In this document: one piece after another, positions 39,088 to 52,392 of the stretch | Layout of the letters: each line of letters opens with the position of its first letter | Numbering within the stretch: the first letter of the stretch is position 1 | Source: Octopus sinensis | Taxonomy: Eukaryota | Direction of reading: 5' to 3' | Assembly (NCBI RefSeq): GCF_006345805.1 | Contig: NC_043001.1 | Span: forward strand, 70,556,001-70,620,000 | Length of the DNA stretch: 64,000 nucleotides | Notes under the pieces: model-generated | The model's database searches: none | What the model saw: the letters and a program-made list of their open reading frames with translations, nothing else | Told to the model about the DNA's origin: nothing | Position numbers and translations under genes: made by a program

Positions 39088-39140
39088 GATATATATATAT
39101 ATAGATAAGAAAGTTTGTTTGGTAAAGCACGTGGGTGAAT

Positions 39141-40438
39141 ATATAAGAAAATAGTAAAGTGTGAAAAAACGACAGAAGGCTTAATGTTAAAAATATATAT
39201 ATATTGTGTCAAAATGTCTGGAGAATATTGGAAAAAATTTTTTTCCTTTCCTTAAAATGACATAATTTTAAAAATTTTTAAAGAAATTCCGGTTTCGCGT
39301 GTAGCTTTTCAAATTTCTTGTGACGTTATGTTTATATTGCATGGAATTATCGTTGTTTTTATTTCCAGGAGATTTCTAAATAAGGGGAGGTAGTGAGTGA
39401 TTTTTTCCGGTGTAGGGGAGATAATCGCTTAAAATTTTTTTTTTTTTTTTCCCTTTTCCTTGTTAATTTCTTTGTGTCAGTATGTTCGGATGGTTGAGTC
39501 TGGGTTTGTACTTTTCAATGAAGAATGTTTCCTTGTTCAGTCTCATTTGTGTTGATGATCCGAAAGCACATTGGTAAAATGGGAAGATTAAAAATTGTGG
39601 CAGTAGTTGCTTTGCGCATTTCTCAATGTGCTCACTAAAAGGTATCATTCTATATTCTGGGAATGCAATCTGTTGTCGATGCAGTGTGCATCTGCGCCTG
39701 AGTGATAGTCCCGTGGAACCCACGTAGTCTTGGTGGCAGCCCGAGCATTTAATAACATAAATTATGTTTCAGAGGCACAAGTAAAGTTAGATTTGATCTT
39801 AAATTTCTGTCCCTCTTTAAAGAAGAATTCTGATCCTTCCATAGGTTAGGACATGTTGCACAGTTCGATCTACCACATTTTTTTACTTTTGCATCCGTAA
39901 TTTTAGAAGACAATTTTGCCTTTGTGGAGAATCTTTTTAAGTGATTTAGGCTGTTTGTAGCTTTTAATGATTTGGTGTATGTTTAGAATTTCCTTTAATT
40001 TTGGGTTTTTATGAAGTATTGGTAAATTCTGGGTGATGATGGTGAAGGCTTCTTTGTTTCTGGGGTTGTATGTAGATATGTAAGGTAGTATTTTCGGGGA
40101 AGGTGTGTTGTTGTGTTGAACAAGGAAAAGGGAAAAAAAAATTTTAAGCGTTTATCTCCCCTACACCGGAAAAAATCACTCACTACCTTCCCTTATTTAG
40201 AAATCTCCTGGAAATAAAAACAACGATAATTCCATGCAATATAAACATAACGTCACAAGAAATTTGAAAAGCTACACGCGAAACCGGTAATTTCTTTAAA
40301 AATTTTTTAAATTATGTCATTTTAAGGAAAGGAAAAAAAAATTTTCCAATATTCTCCAGACATTTTGACACAAATATATATATTTTTTAACATTTAAGCC
40401 TTCTGTCGTTTTTTCACACTTTACTATTTTCTTATATA
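39141..40438 (-). mobile_element. 5'-truncated Penelope-like element with inverted terminal repeats (~320 bp arms)
   Basis: Core 39465-40118 encodes TYNPRNKEAF..KQPKSLKKI..CGRSNCATC and YVIKCSGCHQDYVGSTG..SEHIEKCA..FIEKYKPRLN; arms 39141-39464 / 40119-40438. Confidence 0.9.
40259..40294 (+). ncRNA. Degenerate minimal hammerhead-like motif in the PLE terminal repeat (second copy at 39283-39317, - strand)
   Basis: GAAAT-TTGAAAA-GC TACAC GC-GAAA-CCGG-TA-ATTTC; palindromic ACCGGT; two core transitions. Confidence 0.55.
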
Positions 40439-40444
40439 TATATA

Positions 40445-40480
<36 letters not shown>

Positions 40481-40483
<3 letters not shown>

Positions 40484-40693
40484 TTTAATCCAAATGGGAA
40501 AACAGAAAAAACAACAACACGTGGAACAATTACAGTATTATTATTATTAGGCGCTCAGGAAAATGGAAGAAGGAGGGGAGGGTATGACGTTTCGAGCGGA
40601 GCTCTTCGTCGGAAACATAAGAGAAAGAAAGAAAGATCCCGAGACGGGAGGACAGAGGAAAAAATAATTGCAGGTCGTCTTCACGAGGTCACA
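40481..40693 (-). mobile_element. PLE terminal-repeat-like element with HHR-like motif (40582-40616)
   Basis: GTTT-CCGACGA-A-GAGC TCC GCTC-GAAA-CG-TC-ATAC; family of 10543-10747. Confidence 0.7.
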
Positions 40694-40789
40694 TACTGAA
40701 AAGACGGAAGTAGTAAAAAAGGAGGAAAATGTTTTTTAAAAACAGGAGAGCTGAATCAATGAGGGAATGGTAAAAAAGGTGTTGCGAGA

Positions 40790-41850
40790 TGACGGTGTGT
40801 GTGTGTGAGTGTGCGTGTGTGTGTATGTGTATGTGTGTGTATGGTGGACAATGGCTAGTAGCAAGCAGTAGTAGAATTAAAGGAGTGGTGTGGGGGTACC
40901 CTAGCAAATCGGAAAGGCAGATCAGAAACAGGGAGGTATGTGTGTGTGCGTGTGTGTGTATGTGTGAGTGTGTGCGTGTGCGTGTGTGTATGTGTGTGTG
41001 AGGCGTGATAAAAAAACAGAAAATATGTATATGTTAGTGCGTGCGGGGCGGGAAAGGGTGGGGGCGTATGTAACGTGCCAATGTGTGTGTTGAGTGGTAG
41101 TGTGTGTATATGTCCAGCGTGCGTAGTTGTGTGTGTGGCAAGTAAATTTGAAGTGTGTGTAAGTGTAATGTGTATATATATGCAAATGTGTGGGTGTGTG
41201 TATGTGTGTGCGTGTGTGTACAAAAGGGGGGGGGTTAAGGGAAAAGGAACTGCAGCGAAGGGGGGGAGAGGAGGGGGAAGATGGAAGAGTGGTCCCGCGG
41301 CGACAGGCGTGGGAGAACCCAAAGACAACGCGCCGGTCCCAGATACGGACAGGAGATCCGATCGGTCAACCATGAGCGTGGTGCAAGCGTGCGTGTATGC
41401 GTGCGCGAACGCGCACAAGCGAGCATGTGCGCGCGCCTGCGATTGCGTGTGTGAGTATGTATGTGTGTGGATGCGTGAGTGTGTCTGTGTGTAAGTCTGA
41501 GTGTCAGTGTGTCCGATGAATGTATGTAAGTATGTGTGTGTGTATATGTGTGTGTATAGATGTATGTCCGTGTGTGTGTGTGTGTGTGTGTATGAGTGTG
41601 TATGTATGTACGTGTGTGTGTGTGGAAGTGTGTGTATGTGCATGTGTGTGCGCGTACATGCAGGTGTGTGAGTGAGTGTGTGTGTGTGTATGTGTGTGTG
41701 AGTGTGTATGTCTGTGTGTGTAGGATGCATGTATGTGTATGGGTGCATGTATGTGTGGGTGTATGTATGTATGTGTACGTGTGTGTGTGTGTGTGCATGT
41801 ATGCGTACATGCGTGTAGGTGTGCGCGTGTGCGTGCATGCATGCGTGTGC

Positions 41851-41883
<33 letters not shown>

Positions 41884-41941
41884 TGTGTGTAGGTATATAT
41901 GTATGTGCGTATATGTGTGTGTATGTGCGTACATGTGTGTA

Positions 41942-41979
<38 letters not shown>

Positions 41980-41990
41980 TATATACAAAA
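40790..41990. repeat. Long (GT/CA)-rich low-complexity region with a GC-rich island at ~41220-41440
   Basis: Direct reading; it is the source of the spurious His/Thr-rich ORFs. Confidence 0.9.
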
Positions 41991-42240
41991 TGAGACAAGA
42001 ACGCATCCAGATAGACGATACAAACAAAACAAGGACGGGTCATTCGGAGTTTTCTTTCATCAATCGAGTTCCACCTTATATTTGCAATTTCGGCTGGTTA
42101 TACTCAAGATTGCTCCAATCTGACCATCCCCAAGGAAAACCTAAGCTAAGAGCATTAGATTCCTTGGAAGAAAGCAGTGAATATATACGAAAACATGGAC
42201 GGGAAAAAATCGGAGTATATTACACAAATACAAATAACAG
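41987..42240. repeat. Interspersed repeat, same family as 58165-58473
   Basis: Shared gacaagaacg..gacgataca..aaggac, ctaagct..ggaagaa..tacgaa motifs. Confidence 0.7.
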
Positions 42241-42241
42241 G

Positions 42242-42321
<80 letters not shown>

Positions 42322-42368
42322 ATGTATATATATACATATAAATACATGCACATACATATACATATATA

Positions 42369-42532
42369 TGACAGGCTTCTTTCAGTTTCTTATCAAGTCT
42401 ACTAACAAGGCTTTGGTTGGCCCGAGGCTACAGCAGAAGTCGTTGTTGCGCAATAGGATAGAAACTAAGACCACGCTGTTCGGAATGAAACTTCTTAAAC
42501 ACACACCAACGCCCGCGCCTATTATTGTGAGA
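42369..42532 (-). mobile_element. SINE family A, diverged 5' half
   Basis: gacaggcttctttcagttt..caaggctttggttggcccgaggcta. Confidence 0.75.
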
Positions 42533-44190
42533 AAAGGAAGAAACTGTATTTGACGGCGTCTGTGTAATTAATTTTGCGTTCCAAAGTAGACTAATGTTTA
42601 TTGCTATTATAACTTCCTGACCTGTGGCGAAATCTTTGCTACTAAATGACATTTGAACAAACTGCCATTTTCCCTTCCTGTGCAATTAGCATCACTCTTT
42701 ATGATATTATCATCCAAACTGTCTCTCTGAATATATTACTTGACTTAGGTGTGTATGTGTGAGTGAGAATACATTACGTGTTTTGTAACTGTATACGTCC
42801 CGCTCCTTCTGTTTTATATGTGTACTAGAGTATGTATCGATATGTAAAAAGAATGGAATAATAATACGATAGTCAAGTCCAGCCATCGTAAAAAAATAAA
42901 TTACATTTGCTTTAAAAACATTACGTTATATAAGAAGATATATAGACAACAGTCAATCTGTTTTACAACACAGAAATATTTCATGATAAGTGAAATATTT
43001 TTAAAAGTGTTCAAAGATGATGAATGGAATGTACTGGAAAGAATTTTGTTTTTAAAGACTTTTATTTACATATACAAACGCAAACTCTAACAGGCACATA
43101 TGCATTCACATACAAGAATGGAAGTATGACAGAGTTTACAAGCAGAAACATAAGTCTACTAAATGACAGAAGAATACGTACATATATACATATCTATATG
43201 TATGTATGTATATTTTAGTTTTAAGATCTTTATCCTTGCCAGTAATTCATACAGGGTCACACAGCTAATGAACTAAAGATATATATATATATATACCTAA
43301 AGGCAAATTGCTTATAAGCCACCCATATTAATTATATATATATATATATATACGTGTATGTGCATGTGTGCTTGTGTGTGTCTCTGTGTTTGTGTGTTCG
43401 TGTGTGTGCATGCTTGTGTGCGTGCGTACTGTGATTAAAGATTTTCTTAACGGAAATGAAAGACTGCTTAAGAGGGATGTCTATGGAAGAACTGGTCAAA
43501 AGAAGCGGATGCTAATAGCACGGTAACTTTTGAGAGTAGGTGCGAACTATGAACAAAAACAACTATAATTTCTATAGGTTCTATAATTATCAAATACTTC
43601 GTTGAAGGCCATTTTCGCCGAAATATACTGTTTTGTTGTTGAATAATACATTTCCTTCAAATGGATGTAAACTGTATAGTTTCTTTGTTTTATAAAGCAT
43701 TGCAACCAGCAAATTTCTATGTATATGCTTATGTATTTGACTGTGTACTATTTCTTCTTAACTACAGTTGTCTGGGTTGATATTCGAAATTAAAAATTCG
43801 AAATATTTTTGCGAGAAATATTTGCTTTCTGACTTGATGTAATAAGGGATACATCTATATAGTACTCGTCAGACAAGATTCTTATTAATATAGTCTTTCA
43901 AAACTAGACATGTGTACTGTTGTTTTCATAGAATAAGACGTAATCAATAGGCATAATCAATCTTATATATATTTGTGTTTACATGTGTTTATGTATATGT
44001 GCATGTCGTAGAAAACTTAATCTCTCTCATTGATATTTTACTAACATCCTTAATGTTTACAAGTACGTTATTAAAAACAGCATTAGCACGAAGGCGAAAC
44101 CGCATTCTCTACGACTTAAAGTGTTCAATTTAAGATCAAGTAATCTTGGTTCCCATTCCATGGGCAAATCACTTCATTTTGCTGTTCTCT

Positions 44191-44303
44191 TTAGCTGCAG
44201 AAGTTGGTGTTGACACTACACATTCTCCTCAAGCTAGCATATCCAGTATGCTCCACTGGATCAATGGCGAATGGTCCAAGAACAAGTTTTTGTGCGTTCG
44301 TGA
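44191..44303 (-). CDS. Candidate terminal exon of an unidentified gene
   Basis: ttgttacttgttttag| then (V)TNAQKLVLGPFAIDPVEHTGYASLRRMCSVNTNFCS*; the + strand offers competing open frames. Confidence 0.25.
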
Positions 44304-44423
44304 CTAAAACAAGTAACAAAAATAGCCTTTGTAACGAAAGGATATTCAGTCAAGAGTGACGGTTGACTGCAGAAAGTAGTCTGAAACTGTTAAAGACTAA
44401 CAGACGAATACGATTGGGCTTAC

Positions 44424-44507
44424 CAGTGATTGACAAGGGAGAGACTGGTAAATAGCACATTGTCCAGTTGCAAAATTTCAAGTATTTATTGGTAAACATT
44501 AAATATT
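44424..44507 (-). CDS. Candidate internal exon (phase 1-1, 84 nt) of an unidentified gene
   Basis: ctag|...|gtaagc; open frame YLMFTNKYLKFCNWTMCYLPVSPLSIT; splices in frame to 44303 across a 120-nt intron; no homology recognised. Confidence 0.25.
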
Positions 44508-44546
44508 CTAGATTTATTTGAAAACAAATAATAGTCAAATTCTTTC

Positions 44547-44683
<137 letters not shown>

Positions 44684-46239
44684 TAATTACTTTTTTACAT
44701 TCCAAATTCAACATTCGACCATAGTTCTCCTTACTTGTGCATTTATTGGAATATAATGAATGTATTCATTGAAATTTAATATATATTTTATTTACTGCAT
44801 TCGAAATCATTTAATTTCACGCTAGCTCTAGTCAGTAATACATATATTACATTTGAATATAGGTTTGTTTTCTGTAGACTATTTTTTGTCTTTTTTTTTC
44901 AGTGAAATATATTTACTATATGTATGTAATATATATGTAAACATTTTGTTTGCCGTTTTAAAAAAAAAGAACATGGACAAAATTGAGATTGTATAGTTCA
45001 ATCAATATGTGAGCAATAAATAATGATTTAAAATGAATTAATGTGTTCAAATATGCTCAGACATTCGATGAAAATTGTTCAAGGAAAGTAAACTCTGTTC
45101 AACATATATATATATATTTTATTTACTCGTACTCTGTATCGGTTTTGTTAGTTGTTAGGAAAAGTATTATCCTCATAGAAATTTAAAAGGTCGCTTACCT
45201 CATATATAATTATTCTATTTTAATTTTATCTTGGTTTGTTTGTTATCCGAAATAAATAAGTTCAAAAATGAAAATAAATACTCACGGTGAATATATGTTG
45301 CTTTCAGAGTTAAATTGGCTTTGTTGTATGGAGCCTTGTCCTTGCTTAGGACATGTTTTTGCATTCAAAGTTGATAACCACTTAACTATGAGACTGTTTG
45401 CTGATATATGACAAAGAATACATAATCATTTATCGAATAGACAAGAAATAATACCTCAATTTGTCATGGCATATAGTGACACTGCCATTTCAACTAAGTG
45501 TTATTCTTTAATTACCCACTTACTCGGGTACAGATTTAATCAACCACTTAGTAATTTATTCATCTCTCTGTTACAGAAACATCACGAAGTCAGAAATACA
45601 CAGATGTGGTTTAATAACAGGGAAAAATATCAGAAATTGTTTCTATTCAAAATAATTAAAATATCAACAACTAATTACTTTTGTATCTTTTTCATCAAAT
45701 AATTTATTTTTCACAGAAAGTTTTATGGTCACTACTTCCAATTTAGCAACATAAAGAATTTAACTACTGTTTTCTTGCTGGCGGTGTCCCTGTTAAATTT
45801 TTCATTGTTATTTTATAAGAAAATCAGGAAATACTTACCTAATTGATTCTAATTTATATTTTGTTGCCTTTTGTTTTAAATGTTAATGTTATTACTGAAT
45901 ATTCAGTGTGAAGGTGTATAGTCTTGTCATTAGAAAGTTGAGCGTACAGTCACGAGAGCATCGGCTCGACGCATGGACTGAATTGTTCATTGAGTCCTGT
46001 ATTTATCAACTCCATTCACGGTGGTCCAGTTTACTCAGGTGAAAATGAGTGCCAAATGATGCAGCCCTCCTACCCATCTATGTCATATCATGCAAGTTCT
46101 ACCAAGTATTGTGTAAGCGAGCCGAGTGGATGTCACGCTTTGCTCGCGACTCACATAAGCATATAAAACTATTAGCATGGTGAATGTTACTAGACTATGA
46201 TAGCCAGCGAGTGATGGCTAAGTTTTGGTTTAGCAATGA

Positions 46240-46900
46240 TGTTGTGAAAAAATGAGTTTTTGGAGGGTTCGGAATTTCACTTTAAACAAGGAGAAATATT
46301 TAAGATCAAATCAAATTTCACCTGCGCCTCGGAAATTCTAATCTATGTCATGACATGCTTAGGATGTGGTAACCACTATATTGGACAAACAAGAATATAA
46401 ATCCATCGAAGAACCACCATCCACAAAGAACAAATCCGCCACCCACAATACTGACAGTTTCAGGTTATTGAACACATAGAAAGGTGTGCCGAATCTTAAT
46501 CCTAATTTCCAAATCTTCCCCTTCTATCAATGTTCACAGAACACAATGCAACAAAGGTTGAATAAAGAGGCAATTTTCAGCAATAAATATCTTCCCCAAC
46601 AAAATATGGACACACAACTTAATACAGAACACCACTAACCCTTCAATTAACAACACTTACCCCTATACCCTCCATACACCATTCACATTACAATTCTATA
46701 TCTCACACAACTGCACTAAATCCAGACCTACTTACTTCCCATACAAATAATCTTTTTACTCAGGAACTATTAGACCTGACATCGTTCACTACCCGGTGTT
46801 TATTCAAAGCAATGAATAGCTTATGACGAAACCATGGTATGCTTTGCTTTCTGACTTTTTAATCATCTCATAATAATGACTTTTATTACTACCTCAGTCC
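46240..46900 (+). mobile_element. Penelope-like element remnant (GIY-YIG) with decayed HHR-like motif at 46805-46846
   Basis: KSNFTCASEILIYVMTCLGCGNHYIGQT..EHIERCA..FQIFPFY; downstream CAAAGCA-ATGAATA-GCTTATGAC-GAAA-CCATGG-TA-TGCTTTG. Confidence 0.85.
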
Positions 46901-48626
46901 ATCTAAATGTATATATCTCTCGGTACCTTTCATAAAAAGCCTTTCCTTTTTTATATACAATGTGCATGTTCGTTGATTTTTCTTATTTTCCCCGTATATA
47001 TATATTCTCACACACATATACTCAAATACAAGCACATACATTTATATATGTATGTATCTAAGTTTACAAAGAAAGTAGCAATATACTTAATCATTTAATG
47101 ATTTTAAGTCATTGTGTTTGTATTTAACAAGTGAATATATTTCATCTGAAAGGCGATTGGCTGCATTTTTTTTGCCGCGGTTGAATATTAGCCATTTGTA
47201 AAGAACAATGTATTGATATTAATATTATCATTAATACCAAGCAAGATTTGAAACCTGAACGTATATGGATGAGGCTTAATACTAAACGGAACATAATATC
47301 GTGTCCTCAAACGATATGTTGTAAGTTATATAAGAACCATAAAACATATTTTGCAATTTAATACTTAATGTTTAAAACATCTATGGTATAATATATGTCG
47401 TTTTAAGATAAATTGAAATTGATCAGCAACGCTATCGTTTACATATTGTCTGAAATGAGAACTTGCATATAAGATTACTATTTCCCAAACTATTAATCTC
47501 GTTTGAAATGAAACATTTGAAATGAAACATTTAATGTCGTTTATGGCCCGTTTAATATCACATCGTTATAAGTTTCGAATACCTGGATGTATTACGCATA
47601 TCGTACTCAGTGATTTAGTTTAAAAATAATACTGCTTTCATCTTTATGATACTGGGGTATGTACATTCAATGTTATATGTAGATGCTATTTGAATTTATC
47701 TTTTAATAATCACAGGCATACATAACTTATGTCTGTACTGGATTTATTGCATGGGTAATCTAACAAATCACTAACGACATCGAATAAAGAAGCTGACAGA
47801 CATACTTTTCCAATATACCAGTACTAGTTCATGCCAGTAATTATACATTATTAGCAGAGTTACAAAAGAACAATGTTAGTTCGAATTCATAAATGTAATG
47901 CTGCATCGAGGTGTAAATACACCTTTTAATTAGCATTGATTAAATACATTGAAACAGGTGTTTAAATGAAAATATCTCAAAGTATAACGTTAATAATTCA
48001 AACTTTAATACAATATAAACTAAGATATGGTAGTTTTAACAGTGCTATGTATCAGAGTCAACAGCTGTTAAAATATAAATGACTTGAAATAAGATAAAAC
48101 AGACCGTTCCATGAAATACATCCTAATGTTTTACTGTTATCTTTGATGATTAATTACCTACTCATATTTTAAAATTTAAAGCTACACTCATTATTTCAAA
48201 ACTCCTAGGTCGCAATACGTTGTCCAAACATGACTGATTCCATCCCCAACAATTAAATGACCCTGGGATTTCGTCATATGAAGATTTCAGCATAATAGCT
48301 AACAATTAACAGGACTAAAAACACGTATCAGCCTTCTCTAAGATACAGCCAACAAACGACCAAAATAACTATCAACAACAACCTGATCGAACGGGTTTTT
48401 TCTTTTCGTAGCTTTGTTTTTTCTAGAATGTAGATGCGGCCATAAATAATAGTTTCGATGACAATATGATTGCAGCCCATGCTGCGTAGGGAAACTATAA
48501 TTAAGGAGACATCAAAAACCTCAAAACTCAAAACTACCAATGAATTGTCCTTAGAAGTAGTCATCAGCACACTTCTTTATGCAAGCGCAACAGAAACATC
48601 TCACTCATTATCGATGCCACATCATA

Positions 48627-49290
48627 CGAGAGGGTACCCAAAAGTAACCTGAAACATTCTCTATTGGACAAGTCCGTTCTAGTTCGGACTTCCGCCGCTA
48701 GAAGCAACTAGATGCAACCCTCTGGCATCAGTCTGATGAAATGCATCGTCGGATGAGGCCGCATTGCCTCGTGGCGCATTTTCTTTTGCAGTTCTTCTCC
48801 CCCTTTCGTCGATTTATGCGATAGATGAAACAAAGGAACGGCGTGCTTCCGTGAAATTCTGTTTTCCGCTAGGGAAGACGGTGGCCAAAAACAGTTGTCA
48901 TGCTTCAAATAACTGCCATGCGTAAAACACAAGTGCACGAGTGGTTTTCACGCTTTAGGAATGGTCATTTGTCGCTTGAAGACCATTTCTTTCAGGATTA
49001 CCGTCGAGCTCCTGAACGAATGAAAACATATTGAAAATTCCTGAACTGATCTTGGAAGACCGTCACTGAACAACTAACGAACCTGTTGATGATTCATGTG
49101 TCCTAGGACTCCTGCCAACGAATTTTGAGCGAGGAATTGCTAATGAAAAGAGTTGATACATAATTCGTACCTCGTTTGCTCACGGAAGATAAAAAGCAAT
49201 CACGACTTAATGCGTGTTGGTAACTGAAAGAAAAGTTGGAAGTTGATCCGGAGGTTTTCGAAGGTCATCAATGGTGATGAAAGCTGGTGC
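48627..49290 (+). mobile_element. Decayed, 3'-truncated mariner
   Basis: TA|CGAGAGGG start; VKFCF, QVHEWFSRFRNG, FVPRLLTE and KVINGDESWCYG fragments. Confidence 0.85.
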
Positions 49291-49382
49291 TATGGAATAA
49301 AGAAAAAAATGACGCAGGCGTTAAAAGAAGACCAATATATATATATTGTAGGACATAACAGAAATGATAAACATTCTTTTCT

Positions 49383-49591
49383 TTTCTCCTCTAGGCACAA
49401 GTCCCGAAATTTGGGTAGGGGGGCCAGTCGATTAGATCGACCCCAGTACGTAACTGGTACTTAATTTATCGACCCCGAAGGATGAAAAACAAAGTCGACC
49501 TCAGCAGAATTTGAACTCAGAACGTAAAGACAGACGAAATAGCGCTCAGCATTTCGCCCGGCGTGCTAACGTTCTACCAGCTCACCGCCTT
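49383..49591 (-). mobile_element. tRNA-derived SINE family D
   Basis: Homologous to 56427-56661; B-box-like GAGTTCAAATTC on the - strand. Confidence 0.85.
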
Positions 49592-50009
49592 GGAATTGAT
49601 AAACATTGAAACGTTGATCAACCGTATTGGTCAGTTTAAAAATGAACATCAAACGATAAGTGTAAATGTCATCAGGAGTCGATAAAAAAAACTAAAGCTT
49701 AGAATCATCTTGAAAGAAAATCTGGCTTTCTGTAACATCCAATCAAAGGGGGTTCTAACTAACCAAAAGACGAGAAGGCAATGGGGGAATCTCTGCCATC
49801 TTCTGATTTCTCTGAAAGGCAGAAATAATAAAGAGTAAATGAAAATGAATGCATATGAGTATGCACATGCGCTTCATATATATGCATGTGTGTCTATGTG
49901 TCTGTGTGCATGCGTGTGTATGATGTGTGTATGTATATATGATCATGCATTTTTGTCTCCTTTAGTGTGTGCTTGTGTGTCCGTATTATTTATGTACCAA
50001 CATAAATAC

Positions 50010-50048
<39 letters not shown>

Positions 50049-50055
50049 TATATAT

Positions 50056-50097
<42 letters not shown>

Positions 50098-50204
50098 CAT
50101 ACATAATAAGGGTGAAAGATTGAATATTTATTTGATTAATATTAATTAAAACCAGTGGCCTAGTATATTGAAAAATCTGAAGATTCAGAAAAATTATATT
50201 AAAT

Positions 50205-50314
50205 ACATATAAGAGGGATGACCACTAAGTAGATAACCATTATGCAAGAGGTAGACCCCGGGGTCTACCTCTAGCATAATAGATATCCACTTAGTGGTCA
50301 TCCCTCTTATATGT
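50205..50314. repeat. 110-bp imperfect palindrome centred on CCCC|GGGG
   Basis: acatataagagggatgaccactaagt...gtagacccc / ggggtctac...acttagtggtcatccctcttatatgt. Confidence 0.95.
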
Positions 50315-50317
50315 GTA

Positions 50318-50367
<50 letters not shown>

Positions 50368-50419
50368 TATTTTAGTTTCAGCTCAGAGCTGCGGCCATGC
50401 TGATGCACCGCCGTTTTGT

Positions 50420-50600
50420 GCTACACTGTTATTACTAAGAGCCTCCTCTAATATGTGGCACTTGGTGAAGAATGGAGTTTGATATACCTACCCTCATTTG
50501 CACCTCTTGCTGTGAGGTAGGTTCAACTGGGACTCTCGACAGGAAGAGGTCCAGCTTTGATTTAAAAACCACTGTATCTACTTTGTGCAAGTTCCTCATA
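50420..50600 (-). mobile_element. CR1-like LINE 3' end fragment
   Basis: LHKVDTVVFKSKLDLFLSRVPVEP...SNSILHQ. Confidence 0.7.
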
Positions 50601-50601
50601 T

Positions 50602-50653
<52 letters not shown>

Positions 50654-50658
<5 letters not shown>

Positions 50659-52235
50659 GGGGAAATAAATATTCGTGCATGTCAAAATTCTTCATTTAAT
50701 TAATTTCTAATGAACATAAATGAGATATACCAATACTGTATTTGCATATACATGCATAAACTAAGAATATGCAAAAAAAAAAAAAATAATAGATTATAGT
50801 AACTGATGAATTTATTTACAATTATAAATATTTAGGAGTGAAAAAAGTATTCATACAGAATAAATTTATGATTTTCTATGCCACAAAATATTGTTAAAAT
50901 ATTTTTTTTTACTAGAACTTTCTCGTTTGTTCCAATAATCTTATCAGTTGTCATTTTTAAGTGTCAAACACTAGCTTCTTCATTCAACTCTGAGAAAACA
51001 TAAAGTAGTATCGTAATAATGGCGAAAAGTAAAGATCTCAGAAATTCAATGAAATATTTAATTATTGAACAATGGAAAGCAGGTAAAAGTTACAGGAAGA
51101 TATCAGAGACCCGTTGTATTACATTTACTACCATATCTTCATTTATTCAAAGATATAAAGAATCGGGAACTGTTGAAAACAGAATAAGATCCGGTGCACC
51201 ACGCAAGATTTCCCCTAGATTTTTAATAAAAATGAAGCGAAGAATCGGAAAAAACGCAATGATCATCAGAAAGGAGTTGCAAGAAGATTTGTTAGCTTCA
51301 GGGACTAGTGTTACACTACGAACAATCAGCAATGAACTTCATAGGAATGAACTGAAGTCACGCTCTACTAGAAAAACTCCGCTGTTTACTAAAAGGCATA
51401 GAGATGCCTGTTTAAAATTTATTTATGAACATAAAGATAAATCTGATACATTCTGGGAAAATGTTCTATGGACAAACGAGTCGAAAATTGAATTGTTTGG
51501 ACGAAATTCGCGTAACCATGTTTGGAGGAAAAACACAATTCCTACCGAAAAGTTTGGATGTAGCAACATCATGGTGTGGGGGTGTTTCTCTCCAATGGTA
51601 CTGGCAATTTACATGTGATAGATGGTAGAATGAATGCAAAGATGTACCAAAATATTTTGAACAATAATTTATGGAACTCTGTAGAAAAGCTCCAGTTTTG
51701 TGAAGGGTGGGTTTTACAACAGGATAACGACCCTAAGCACACGGCGAAGTCTACCAAAAAAAAAGTTTGTCGATCACAATATAAAATTATTAAAATGGCC
51801 AAGCCAGTCATCTGACCTGAACCCCATTGAAAATTTGTGGCGTAATTCAAATTCATTTAAGAGCCCCAACATGTATTGCAGATTTGAAGAAAAATTGTCA
51901 AGAAGAATGGGAAAAATTCCTAAAGAAACATGCGAGTTATTGATTAAGAACTACAAGAAGAGATTGGTTGAAGTGGTACTGAATAATGGTTATGCTACGA
52001 AGTATTAAATCAGAATTATCAGTTATTTATGTTCTGTACGAATACCTTTCTTCACCCCTAAATATTTATAATTGAATATAAATTCCTTAGTTACCATAAT
52101 TTATTAGTTTCTTTTGCATATTCTTAGTTTATGCATGTGTATGAAAATATAGTATTGGTATATTCCAGTTATGTTCATTAGAAATTAAATAAATAAAGAA
52201 TTTTGACATATACGAATATTTATTTTCCCCCTCTA
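50654..52235 (+). mobile_element. Full-length Tc1-like (DD34E) element, 1582 bp, with ~210-bp terminal inverted repeats and disrupted transposase
   Basis: Ends TAGTGGGGGAAATAAATATTCG / CGAATATTTATTTTCCCCCTCTA in TA context. Transposase 51019-52008 is in three frames: RSGAPRK, WTNESK (first D mutated to N), QQDNDPKH, WPSQSSDLNPIENLW. Confidence 0.93.
51019..52008 (+). pseudogene. Tc1 transposase pseudogene
   Basis: Overlapping ORFs 51019-51618, 51576-51815 and 51700-52008 indicate two frameshifts. Confidence 0.9.
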
Positions 52236-52305
52236 TATATTCCTCACATGCTTTTTGTGAGACTGCAAGCGCTACCATATGTCTGTGTACTGGTGCCAGC
52301 TTGTT

Positions 52306-52322
52306 ACTGCTGCGTTCGTCTT

Positions 52323-52392
<70 letters not shown>

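Noticed and set aside
40855-42032. Longest ORFs in the track (390 aa and 265 aa, His/Thr-rich)
   Set aside because: Read-through of (CA)n-rich low-complexity DNA with no domain signature.
47240-47320. QDLKPE peptide resembling the kinase catalytic-loop DLKPEN
   Set aside because: No HRD before it and no other kinase subdomains nearby.
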